From Acidobacteriaceae bacterium (GTDB lineage: Bacteria; Acidobacteriota; Terriglobia; Terriglobales; Acidobacteriaceae), in assembly GCA_003160215.1 (NCBI GenBank), contig PLQW01000093.1:40540-104539 (forward strand): a stretch of DNA of 64,000 nt, read 5' to 3'. The notes under the pieces were generated by a model. The model searched no databases and was not told the origin of the DNA. It saw only the letters and a list, made by a program, of their open reading frames with translations. This document shows positions 8,913 through 18,700 of this stretch, piece after piece. The translations under genes and the position numbers were made by a program. The first letter of the stretch is position 1; every line of letters begins with the position of its first letter.

Positions 8913-10400
8913 ATGCAATCCGTCTTTCAAGCCGCGCTGCGCTCCTGGTCCATTCCGCCGGTCGCCACGTTCGCGCTGATACTGACGGCGCTGGTTTACC
9001 TGCGCGGCTGGATCGATCTTCGCCGCGCGGGTTCTACCGAGTTGCCGCCCTGGCGCGCCGTCACTTTTCTCGTCGGACTTCTTTCCCTTTGGGTCGCGCT
9101 GGCTTCTCCGCTCGATACCTTCTCGGGATTCGTGCTGACGGCCCACATGCTGCAACACATGCTGCTGATGATGGTGGCGCCCCCGCTGATTCTTCTGGGT
9201 GCGCCTCTTATCCCCATCGTGCGCGGATTGCCGCGCTTCGCTGCCCGCGAATTTGCAGGACCGTTTCTGAATTGGCCGCTCGCCAATCGGATTGGAACCG
9301 CGCTGACAAATCCGATTTGCGCCCTGGCGCTCATGGGCGCGGTAATGTTCGCCTGGCATACCCCAAAGCTCTACGAGCTGGCCTTGGGTTCGAGTTCGTG
9401 GCACGAGGTGGAACATGCATGCTTCTTTCTCACCTCGATAATTTTCTGGTGGCCGGTGGTGCAACCGTGGCCAAGCCGGGCGCAGTGGCCGCGCTGGGCG
9501 ATGGTGCCCTACCTGTTCGTTGGCGATCTTCAAAACACTATTCTGTCTGCCATCCTGGTTTTCTCCGATCAAGTGCTCTATCCCTCCTATGTCCTGACAC
9601 CTCGCCTGTTCGGTCTCTCGGCACAAGCGGACCAAGCCGCGGCGGGAGCCATCATGTGGGTTTTGGGTGGGTTCGCATACGTGTTTCCGGCGGTTGTCAT
9701 CGCCGTACATTGTCTCTCCAAGCGTCCCGGGGTGGTTCCAACTCGCAACAGAGAACGCGCTCCCGTTGACAAATCGCCGTCCTTCCGCAGCAAATTTCCG
9801 TGGCTCGCCGATTTCCTGCGCCCGCGAATCCAGGGCAGAACCGCCGAGATGGTTTGGTTTGTGGTTGTATTCGTCGTAACCGGATTGTGCTTTTCATTCC
9901 TGATCGCAACTTCGTCCGACGATGACGATCAGGCCCTCCGGCTATGGAAACAAAGCGGACCGTTTAGCGTTGCGATTCTTGCGCCGCCCGGCGATCTTCA
10001 AGCCGGCCCCACCAGCTTCGGCATTCTGGTCCAGGATCGGAACACGCAAGAGGTACTGCTTGACTCGACCGTCGATCTCAGTGCGCGGCCGGCTGTTGCT
10101 GTAGGTGCCCCACCCCCCTCGGTCCGTGCAACCCACGAGGATTCCGAAAACAAGCTGCTGCAGGCCGCGGAACTGGATCTACCGGCAGCCGGCGACTGGA
10201 CGGTGAACATTGCGCTCAGCCGCAATGCCGAAAGCGCGGACCTCTCGTTGCCACTTCGCGTGGTGAAACGAGAAAGCGGGCTTGGCGATCTGTGGCCTTA
10301 CTTTCTCTTCCCGGGATTTGGCATGGTCCTGTTTGGAGCTTATGTTCGGCGGCACCACGAGCCCACAGGTTCACCAATGGAGCAGCACGTGTCGTCGTAA
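8913..10400 (+). CDS. ctaG: caa3-type cytochrome oxidase assembly factor CtaG (membrane type) with an extra TM plus periplasmic C-terminal domain
   Basis: 495 aa. The first ~280 aa are polytopic with LTAHMLQHMLLMMVAPPLILLGAPL and WHEVEHACFF..FWWPV, as in Bacillus-type CtaG. The last ~200 aa are one TM helix, a soluble domain and a final TM helix. Confidence 0.78.
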   Translation: MQSVFQAALRSWSIPPVATFALILTALVYLRGWIDLRRAGSTELPPWRAVTFLVGLLSLWVALASPLDTFSGFVLTAHMLQHMLLMMVAPPLILLGAPLIPIVRGLPRFAAREFAGPFLNWPLANRIGTALTNPICALALMGAVMFAWHTPKLYELALGSSSWHEVEHACFFLTSIIFWWPVVQPWPSRAQWPRWAMVPYLFVGDLQNTILSAILVFSDQVLYPSYVLTPRLFGLSAQADQAAAGAIMWVLGGFAYVFPAVVIAVHCLSKRPGVVPTRNRERAPVDKSPSFRSKFPWLADFLRPRIQGRTAEMVWFVVVFVVTGLCFSFLIATSSDDDDQALRLWKQSGPFSVAILAPPGDLQAGPTSFGILVQDRNTQEVLLDSTVDLSARPAVAVGAPPPSVRATHEDSENKLLQAAELDLPAAGDWTVNIALSRNAESADLSLPLRVVKRESGLGDLWPYFLFPGFGMVLFGAYVRRHHEPTGSPMEQHVSS

Positions 10401-10542
10401 TTCGGCACGAACGAAAAGAGTGCGCGCGATCTATCGGGAGCTGGCGGTCGCGTATTTCATGCGTGGGACATTCTTTGTATAATGAGAGACGCGAGCGCGT
10501 GTCGCATTGCCGCCCGCACTTCCCCGTGTTCCCAACGTTTGT

Positions 10543-10618
10543 GGGGCTATAGCTCAGCTGGGAGAGCGCATCGTTCGCAACGATGAGGTCGTCGGTTCGA
10601 GCCCGACTAGCTCCACCA
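10543..10618 (+). tRNA. tRNA-Ala (anticodon CGC)
   Basis: Hand-folded cloverleaf. Acceptor GGGGCTA/TAGCTCC includes the G3:U70 alanine identity pair. Arms: D GCTC/GAGC, anticodon stem CATCG/CGATG with loop TTCGCAA, T GTCGG/CCGAC. The CCA end is encoded. Confidence 0.95.
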
Positions 10619-10904
10619 AATAAACGCAAATTTTCCGGACCTGCATCCACACCAAAGTGGCCGTTGCGTAGAAGGATGCCTTCGATCATTACGTTCGTTT
10701 TGGCGGTTGCATTCGTGCAAGACGGGGACTATTCTGGCTCAAAATAGGGATGTTAACCTGGTCGCTAGTTCGTTCGTAGGCGGCAAAAAAGGCTGACGCT
10801 GTTTTTGCGTAGGCGTTGACTTGCCCAACCAGAGGGGGCACACGAGGCGACCGTCGTTCACTTAACTCCGAAACTTTTCGGGGGCGGTAATTGGGAGCTA
10901 TACG

Positions 10905-11831
10905 ATGCTGACCCAAAGCAGAACGATCCCCACTGTCTTCATTGCGTTTTTTTTGGCCTGCCTTCTGAACACCACAATATCGGCGCAGGGACAGGCGGCG
11001 AACCCGAATTCGCAGACATCCTTCGCGCCAACCGCCGGCCCCCAGTATGTCGGGTCCGACACCTGCAAGACCTGCCACGAAGATCAGTACAAGCAGATTG
11101 AAGCCACTCAACATTGGAACACGAACCTGGCCAATCTCAAGAAGGGCACGGGGCAGGAGTGGCATGGCTGTGAATCGTGTCATGGTCCTGGCTCCGCCCA
11201 CGTGGAAGGTGGCGGCGACAAATCGAAAATCTTCTCCTTCAAGGGAGCGACCGCACAGCAGGTGAGTGCACGCTGTCAGACGTGCCATGGCACCACTCAT
11301 CCTGACTTCCAGCGTTCTGTGCATTACCAAGCCGACGTGAGTTGCATCACGTGCCATTCGCCCCATCAAGCGAAAGAGCAAGTCGCGCTGCTGAAGGCGA
11401 AGACCCCGACCCTGTGCTACGGCTGCCACACCGACGCGATTGCCGATTTTAACCGTCCCTTCCACCACCGGGTGAACGAAGGCCTGGTGCAGTGCCAGGA
11501 CTGTCACAACGTGCACGGCAGCCTGCCGAAAGCCGCGAAGATCAGCACGGCGCAGGACCAGATCTGCCTGAAGTGCCATACAGAGAAACGCGGGCCGTTC
11601 GTCTTCAACCATCTGCCGGTGAAGACAGAAGGCTGCACGGCATGCCATGTGCCGCATGGCTCGAACAATCCGCGGCTGCTGACCCGCAACAACGTCAACA
11701 ATCTGTGCATTGAGTGCCACGGGCTGTCGACGTTCCTGACGTTGCACAACCAGGCCAACAAATATCAAGCGTGCACCATGTGCCACGTTGCCATTCACGG
11801 CTCGAACGCTAGTGACGTCTTCTTCAAGTAA
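10905..11831 (+). CDS. periplasmic decahaem c-type cytochrome (MtrA/DmsE/PioA/MtoA-like)
   Basis: 308 aa with a signal peptide (..FLACLLNTTISAQGQ) and exactly ten CxxCH sites: CKTCH, CESCH, CQTCH, CITCH, CYGCH, CQDCH, CLKCH, CTACH, CIECH, CTMCH. It ends CHVAIHGSN..FFK, as MtrA-family proteins do. Confidence 0.9.
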   Translation: MLTQSRTIPTVFIAFFLACLLNTTISAQGQAANPNSQTSFAPTAGPQYVGSDTCKTCHEDQYKQIEATQHWNTNLANLKKGTGQEWHGCESCHGPGSAHVEGGGDKSKIFSFKGATAQQVSARCQTCHGTTHPDFQRSVHYQADVSCITCHSPHQAKEQVALLKAKTPTLCYGCHTDAIADFNRPFHHRVNEGLVQCQDCHNVHGSLPKAAKISTAQDQICLKCHTEKRGPFVFNHLPVKTEGCTACHVPHGSNNPRLLTRNNVNNLCIECHGLSTFLTLHNQANKYQACTMCHVAIHGSNASDVFFK

Positions 11832-11843
11832 AAGGGGGCGACG

Positions 11844-14330
11844 ATGAAAGCAAATTCAAATCGGATTTATTCATCTCCTCCTCGTTGCCTTGAAGCGACG
11901 AAGAAGGAAAGCGGCTGGAGGGTGTTCCGTCGCGTAATGACGCTGGCAGTAGCTGGTGCGGTGTTGTGCCTATCGGCGAATCTCGCGGCGCAACAGCTCG
12001 GCGTAGACGTCACCAGCGCGCAGCAGGAGAGCGGCACCGACCTGGGCAATTACCACACAAATTTCGATATCGAGGCGGGCTACCGCTTTGTGGGCACCGA
12101 AGGCAACGCCTCGATGTACTCGACGTGGGTGAACATGCAGCAGGGGCCGCGCATCCTGTCGTCGGACCTGAGCATGCGCTCGCTCAACCATGACGGATTT
12201 CTCTTCGACCGCCTCAACATGTCGAGCTTTGGCTACGGCGGCGATCCTGAAACGGCCACCCGCCTGACCGTGTCGAAGGACAAGTGGTACGACTTCAACT
12301 TCACTTATCGCCACGACCTGAACTACTGGGATTACAACGTGCTGGCCAATCCGCTGAACCCGGTAAACCCGTACGTGGTGGTCAACCAGTCGCCGCACCT
12401 GATGCAGCCGTCGCGCGACTTCCAAAACTATGACCTGACTATCATGCCGGAGTCGCGCCTGCGCTTCCGGGCGGGCTACAACTACAACGGAAGCCAGGGC
12501 CAAACCGACACCACGTTTCACGCGGGCACGGACATTTTGCTAGTGCAACCGTGGCGCGTGACCGGACAGACCTACCGCTTCGGGGCAGACTACCGGATAT
12601 TCAGCCAGACCACGATCAGCTACGACCAGACCTTCGACACCTTCAAGAACGATACCTTCCAGGTAGACCAGAACCAGATGTTCTCACTGCAAAATGGAAC
12701 TCCGGTGGATATCGGACTGCCCTTCAACCCGGCGGCGGGCCTGCCGTGCTCTACGCCATTCATCAACGGCTCCTATAATCCGAAGTGCAATGGCGATTTC
12801 AGCTACGTGCGATCGGGACCGGTGCGAAGCTTTCTGCCGACCGAGCAGATCTCGCTGCATTCCAGCTTTCTCAAACGGGTTGACCTCACCGCTCGGTACG
12901 CTTACAGCAGCGGCTACAGTCAGGTCACCAACTACCTGGAGGAGTTCAATGGATTAGAGTCTCGCACCAACCAGCGGGAATTCGCGTTTACCGGCCCATC
13001 TAACACCAAGCGCGTCCTGGACGATGGGGATTTCGAAGGGACCTGGCACATCACCAATAAGCTTGCCTTCTCCGAAGCGTTCCGCTTTTACAATTCGCGA
13101 TCGCCGGGGACCTTGGACAGCGTGGGTACATCGTGCTTCCCCAACGGCGGGACGTCGCTGCTCTCCGGGATTGGCGTGTTCAACTCGCCTGGGGTATCGC
13201 CACAGATTTGCCTGAACGGATCGGGAACTCCGGTCCACACCGGCAGCAGTCCAGCCGATGTGGATTACGTGAATTACTACCGATACCTAAACCTGAACTT
13301 CAAGTACAACACCGCCGACCTGGAATACACGTTGAACCGGCGCGTCGGCGGTCACATCGGTTATCGCTACGCCGACAAGCAAGCCAACTCCAACAACAAC
13401 CTCAGTAATACGGATGCAGGAACGGCCTACTTCTATCCCAACGACGCGCAACGCGGAGCGCCTTGCACGCAAACCCTGGCCGACGGAACCTGCGTGGTAA
13501 TGACGCCAGTTGTCACCGCCGGGGATTATTACGCGATCACCGAGAACTGGGGAATTTTGGGAGTGTGGGTGCGGCCCATGGATACTCTCCGCCTCAATGG
13601 CGACGTCGAAATTATGGCGGCCAACGGTGCGGGCGGGGTGTTGTTTACCCGCATCGAGCCGCGCAATTTGCAGCACTACAAGCTCCGCGGCCGCTACACG
13701 CCGAAAAAATGGCTGGCGGTCTCGGGCACTCTGAATTGGATTGAAAGCCAGAACACCGGACCCGACACGGATGGCACCATAACGGCCAACCATCACGACC
13801 ACAACCATTATGCCGGGTTCGATATTTCGATGACGCCGCGCGAACTCATCTCGTTTGACCTGGGCTATGACTACAACAACGTTGTGTCGACGACCGACGT
13901 TTGCGTTAACCTGGGCACTCCGTCACTCGCGGCCGACCCCTGCTATGCCGATAGCAACGGAGCGAACACCTTCGCCATCTGGCATTACCAGAACACGGTG
14001 AATTCCGTCTACTTCAACGTCATCCTGCGTCCCACCAAGCGGACGGCGTTTGCCGCCGGATATTATTTGGTGGACAGCACCGGCAGCGACCCTCTGTTTC
14101 TTCCCACGACAGGAATTGTGACGGTGGCCAATCCGTTGCAGCCGCTGGGTTCGTTGTCCTCGCTGTATCACACGCCGAGCGCGTCGCTCGCCTTCGCTCT
14201 TGCGAAAGGGTGGGAGGCGAAAGGTATGTGGAATTATTACGACTACCACGAGCGCGGTAATCCCGGACCGATTCTGCCGCGCGACTTCCACAGTAATACG
14301 GGAACCATCGCGGTCAGATACGCATTCTGA
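11844..14330 (+). CDS. large outer-membrane beta-barrel, probable MtrB/PioB-family partner of the decahaem cytochrome
   Basis: 828 aa, starting 13 nt after the cytochrome gene with GGGGG upstream. It has a signal-like AVLCLSANLAAQQ and no long hydrophobic helices. It is rich in alternating Y/F/N/G/T strand-like segments and ends ...GTIAVRYAF, the terminal aromatic residue typical of OMPs. The family call rests on size and synteny, not on a search. Confidence 0.72.
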   Translation: MKANSNRIYSSPPRCLEATKKESGWRVFRRVMTLAVAGAVLCLSANLAAQQLGVDVTSAQQESGTDLGNYHTNFDIEAGYRFVGTEGNASMYSTWVNMQQGPRILSSDLSMRSLNHDGFLFDRLNMSSFGYGGDPETATRLTVSKDKWYDFNFTYRHDLNYWDYNVLANPLNPVNPYVVVNQSPHLMQPSRDFQNYDLTIMPESRLRFRAGYNYNGSQGQTDTTFHAGTDILLVQPWRVTGQTYRFGADYRIFSQTTISYDQTFDTFKNDTFQVDQNQMFSLQNGTPVDIGLPFNPAAGLPCSTPFINGSYNPKCNGDFSYVRSGPVRSFLPTEQISLHSSFLKRVDLTARYAYSSGYSQVTNYLEEFNGLESRTNQREFAFTGPSNTKRVLDDGDFEGTWHITNKLAFSEAFRFYNSRSPGTLDSVGTSCFPNGGTSLLSGIGVFNSPGVSPQICLNGSGTPVHTGSSPADVDYVNYYRYLNLNFKYNTADLEYTLNRRVGGHIGYRYADKQANSNNNLSNTDAGTAYFYPNDAQRGAPCTQTLADGTCVVMTPVVTAGDYYAITENWGILGVWVRPMDTLRLNGDVEIMAANGAGGVLFTRIEPRNLQHYKLRGRYTPKKWLAVSGTLNWIESQNTGPDTDGTITANHHDHNHYAGFDISMTPRELISFDLGYDYNNVVSTTDVCVNLGTPSLAADPCYADSNGANTFAIWHYQNTVNSVYFNVILRPTKRTAFAAGYYLVDSTGSDPLFLPTTGIVTVANPLQPLGSLSSLYHTPSASLAFALAKGWEAKGMWNYYDYHERGNPGPILPRDFHSNTGTIAVRYAF

Positions 14331-14351
14331 ACTGTGTAACCGCTCTCGGAT

Positions 14352-15215
14352 TCACTTCCCTCGCGCGTGCGAGGGATCGGGAGAGTTTGCCGTGTCCACA
14401 TCAACGTGCACACCAGAGCTGGCCGACATGGCTGGCGGGTAGCAGTTGCCATCCGGCGCATAGGTTTGACGGCAGGCCGCGGTCATGTCGGGACGCCGCG
14501 GGGACTGCGCGAATTGCCACGCTTCGGCGAAGGCCACGCCGCTGCCGGCGGGTTTTGGCGGCGGCTTGGGAAACACGCAGCCCGGCGACGGACCACACTG
14601 ATCGTTGCTGATAAAGAAGCGTATCTCGCGGCCGCTGGCGTGATCGCGAATGTCGTTGGCCGTCACCACGGAGACCGTATTCGACTCGCGAAACGGAATG
14701 CCCGAACAGTAGACGCCCGCACGATAGCCTCCGCGCACCACGCCATCCACCCAGGCATGAATGTAGGCGCGCTGCTCGGGGAGCATGCGGCCGCCTTGTT
14801 CCTGATCCAGAAACAGGATTGCGCCCTTGGGAAAACCTTCCCTCGCGGCAGATTTCACCGCCGCTGCCGCGTCGCTGCTCCCGACCTGCGCCGCATTGCC
14901 CGAAGCCTGGAGCTGCCGATACTCCCGGCCGTTAAACAGCAGGAGGAATCCGTAGCCCATCGCTTGAATCGTATTCCGCTTGCCTTGCCACGTGTTGGTC
15001 GTTGCGCCGGGCGGGTTGTTCAGCCAATATCCTGTGAATGCGAACGTCTTACGCAACGCCACCATGTTCGCGTCGCCGGGGTAATCGTTGCGATCCATTC
15101 CGAGATAGGTTTGCGCTGACATCGGGAGGCAAATCGTGAAGACGAGGCCAAGCACGAATCCTAGACGAGTTGGAAGCGTCAGCCACATGTCATCGAATAT
15201 CGCATATTTCCGCAC
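14352..15215 (-). CDS. secreted DUF1906 / Rv2525c-like glycoside-hydrolase-like domain protein
   Basis: 287 aa with a signal peptide (..FTICLPMSAQT). The pattern GMDRNDYPG..FTGYWL..GYGFLLLF..AAAAVKSAAREGFPKGAILFLDQE..YIHAWVDGV..GYRAGVYCSG matches my memory of that domain. The start may be ATG 15188 rather than GTG 15215. Confidence 0.55.
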   Translation of the reverse strand: MRKYAIFDDMWLTLPTRLGFVLGLVFTICLPMSAQTYLGMDRNDYPGDANMVALRKTFAFTGYWLNNPPGATTNTWQGKRNTIQAMGYGFLLLFNGREYRQLQASGNAAQVGSSDAAAAVKSAAREGFPKGAILFLDQEQGGRMLPEQRAYIHAWVDGVVRGGYRAGVYCSGIPFRESNTVSVVTANDIRDHASGREIRFFISNDQCGPSPGCVFPKPPPKPAGSGVAFAEAWQFAQSPRRPDMTAACRQTYAPDGNCYPPAMSASSGVHVDVDTANSPDPSHARGK

Positions 15216-15248
15216 CTTTACGGTTTGCCGAAGCCTCGAAAAGCAGAT

Positions 15249-15320
15249 CCCTCACCGACTGAAGTCGGTGAGGGATGACAAGAATAAAGGAACTTAGAAC
15301 GGCGCACCTGAAGGTGCGCC
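15249..15320. repeat. REP-like hairpins with TGAA loops
   Basis: Two hairpins: CCCTCACCGAC-TGAA-GTCGGTGAGGG (15249..15274, followed by ATGACA) and GGCGCACC-TGAA-GGTGCGCC (15301..15320). The same architecture (GC-rich stem, TGAA/TTCA loop) recurs at 15611, 15652, 38478, 38582 and 49453. Confidence 0.85.
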
Positions 15321-15582
15321 CCTTCAAAAGCTCTCACATTCGAGCCTCTCAGCAAACCATTTAGCCGAAATTGATTCGCACAACGCTACGAAGTTCCAAT
15401 CAAGATGCCGGTAGCAAACACCAGCGCGCCTCCGAACGCGACCTGAATTGCCGCCGACAGCGGTGGAGTATCCATGAAGCGATTACGCACCCAGGTAATG
15501 GTCGCTAGTTCGAACAGCACTACTGTACTGCGGTCGTCAGAGACTGCGTCGCAACCTCATATCAGTTTGCCCGGATGGGAAC

Positions 15583-15668
15583 CAGCCCCTAATGGGGCGA
15601 AAGAGCTTAGCCCAGCGCTTCAGCGCTGGGTCAACTGGAAAGACCCTGCGAGTCCCTTCAGGGACGAC
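15583..15668. repeat. three-hairpin repeat module, copy A
   Basis: cagcccctaatggggcgaaagagcttagcccagcgcttcagcgctgggt...gagtcccttcagggacgac. Hairpins are GCCCC/GGGGC, CCCAGCGC-TTCA-GCGCTGGG and GTCCC-TTCA-GGGAC. A near-identical copy lies at 49427..49508. Both yield the spurious peptide MGRKSLAQRFSAG in the ORF track. Confidence 0.85.
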
Positions 15669-15709
15669 ACAGGTCCCTTACCGAAGCATTGTTTTTCCCG
15701 CGCAAATAC

Positions 15710-18700
15710 TCAGTTCACCTGGGCGGTGCGTTCGGCGGGCTGAGCAACGAGCAGTTCCGTTGCCGGACAAAGGCTGCGATACGAGCAAAAGCGGCAATGC
15801 CGGCCAGGCCTGGGTTCGAAGTGTCCGGCGGCAATATTAGCTGCGGCCGCGCCCACCCTAGCCTCTTCGTCTGCGAGTTCCGCCGGCGACCGCCGTGACT
15901 GGACCGCGCTGCAATCCGCGAGATTGACGATCACGAGTGAGTCGGCCAGAAAACCCATGCTCTTAGCTGCCAGCGCGTAGATGGAAAGTTGCAGGCTCTC
16001 GTCTGCATCGTCCTGCGTCTTCGGCTTTCCGGTCTTGTAGTCAACAATGCTGACGCGGTCACCCTCGACCCGCTCAAGGCGATCCATTCGTCCCTTCACT
16101 ATGGTCCCGCCAATGTTGGCACGGAAAAAGCGCTCGTTGTTCAGAATCTCGCCAGTGGGCTTCGCCAGATCGGAGCGCAGAAACTGCCGCAGTTGCTCGC
16201 AGCCATCCTTGTCGTAAAGCTCGCGCTGCGCGTCCTCCTCGATCTTCGCCTTGCCGAACTCGTCGCGAAAACACGCAATGACCGCATCTTCATCCGGCGG
16301 ATGCCCGGCACGGACGCCATCGAAATAGGCTTTAAGGGCCAGGTGCATCGCCGAACCAAATTGCATCATGGCCGCAGGCTCCTCGGGGATACACCAATCG
16401 CGGCTGAGCTTGAATGCTAGCGGGCAGCGTTCGTACTGCTCGATGGCGCTGGCGCTCAACTCACCCAGTGGCGCATCGCATCGCGCCGGTAGCTGCATCC
16501 ATTGCGCGATCAGCGGTTGTGGCTCGGCTGCGGCATGCATGGTTGGGACAATGTCGGACGGCGGCAACTGATGACATTCGATGGCGCCCCGCAGCATGGA
16601 GACCCGCGCGCTCGCTAACTCCCGCATGAACTTGGGAGGGATGGGATCTTTGCCGCGCCGCAACTCGCCGCAAACGTACAGATCGTCCATGGCGCGCGTC
16701 ATGGCAACATAGAAGAGCCGCCGCTGTTCCGCGGCGTGAAGCGTCTTGGAATCCGCTTCTGCCGCCGCCACCGCGCTCCGGAGTTCGATGGGGAATTCGA
16801 TCAGCGCCTGCCGGTGCCCACTGGGGAACGAAGGTGAAACCACACGCAAAACGAAGACGCAGGGGAACTCCAGCCCCTTCGCGGAATGGACGGTCATCAA
16901 CTGCACGGCGTCGTGCAGCAGTTCGCCGGCTGTCAGGTCTTTAGGCGCAAGAGCGGTGACTGGGTCGGCATCGTCGTCGTCGGTAAGGCAACCACCCACG
17001 TCGCGAAACAGCTTGAGGTGGTCGAGGAACTCGCGGAGCGTGCCCTCGCCTCGGATCAGCCTGGGCTTCCCATACCAGCGTCCGGCGAACTCCTGCAAGC
17101 ACTGCCAGCCCGGAGACTCAGGCAGTTGAAACGCCGGTTGCGCAATCTTCATCGCCGCCAAAAGGTCGCCCTTGGCTTCGGCTACTTCGCGACGCGACTC
17201 CCGGACGAGGTCCATCACTTCCCTTCCGGGACCGGATTTTTCCAGCGCCGCCTCGGCCGAACCGTTCCTGCCCGCCAGAGCCAACTCAGCCCGAAAGCGT
17301 TCGGGGTCAACTCGAAACTGCGGCAAGGCGGCAACCCGGAACAGCGCAATGGGATTGGGGCCTTCCACGAGGCGCAACGCCGCCACAGCATCACGGACCT
17401 CGGGAGTTTCGAACCGATCGGCGCCTCTGACCGCGGTCGCAATGCCGCGGCGCCGCAGCTCGGCCACCACAGCGTCCCGATGGTTGTGAAGGTGGTAGAG
17501 GACGGCGAAGTCGCGAAGGGGCATCGCAGGCCGCTGCCGGCGCATTGCTTCAATTGTGTCCACGACGAACTCGGCCTCCTGCTCGCATCCGTTGTGCACA
17601 ATGGCTTGCACTGCAGGCGCGTTCGCCAACTCCGGTTCTTCCTTCAGGCGGAGACATTCGAGCGGCTCGCGCTTCCACTCGCCTGCTTGCAGCTTAACGA
17701 CGGGGTTGCAGGATATTGCCTGATAAGCACAGCGCAGTACAGGTGGAGTGGAGCGACGATTCTGCGACATGCTGACGCGCTGCACACGGCCAGGACCAAA
17801 CGTCGCGAGGAACTCCTCGAAGATACCGCTGGTGGCGCCGCGGAAGCGATAGATCGCCTGGTCAGGATCGCCGACGGCGAAGACGTTAGCTTCTGCCCCG
17901 GCCAGCAGACTCGTCACTCTAAGCTGCGCAATATTGGAATCCTGGAACTCGTCAATCAGGATAAAGCGCGCTCGTTTCTGCGCCCGCTCCAGTAGCGAAC
18001 GTCGGCGGCCCAGCAATTCCACGGCGCGGGTCAGGATATGTCCGAAGGTACCGAGCCCTTCCCGTTTCAGCAGGTCCTCGGTGAAGCGAAAGACCCGAGC
18101 CAGTTCGCGGCAGCGGCCCAGCACCTGCTCCGCGCCCATGACTGCGGCATCCTTCGATTTGCCCATGCGCGGTAGCGGAAGCTCTTTCCGCTCCAGCCGG
18201 GCGACATAGTTGTCGTAATCGTCAGGCGTGCGCAACTCGTCATGGCAGCGGCGAACAAATTTCAGCAGCTCCTCGAGGAAGGTGCCGGGCTCGGAAGCCT
18301 TAATGTAATGCTCGAGTTTCAGCTCGGCGATGCGCTGCCGCAAGAGGATAAGCAGGTCCGTATCGTCAATCAGTCCGAAGCTGATCCCCGAATCGCGCAG
18401 CAAACCATAACAGTAAGCATGAAAGGTGTTTGCCTGGAGTCCGCTGGCCATCAGCTTTCTGGCTGCACGCTGGCGGTCGAGCTGGGGATGGAGAATGCCG
18501 CCGACGCGAGCGATCAGTTCAGCCGCAGCGTTGCGCGTGTAGGTGACCGCGAGAATCTCGTCGGGCTCGGCCGCTCCGCTGTCGATGAGCTGTGCGATAC
18601 GGCGTGACAGGACGGTGGTTTTACCGGTGCCGGCGCCCGCCACCACCAGCATGGGACCGTGCACATGTTCGATTGCCCGGCGTTGCTGATCGGTGGGCTC

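Noticed and set aside
10216-10689. 157-aa minus-strand ORF
   Set aside because: It runs antisense across tRNA-Ala and the ctaG 3' end and has no coding features.
15474-15840. ORFs translating to ...SPALQRWV... / MGRKSLAQRFSAG..., and the twin ORF at 49375..49593
   Set aside because: The shared peptide is simply the translation of the three-hairpin repeat module. It occurs in non-coding spacers, one of them inside the nuo operon.
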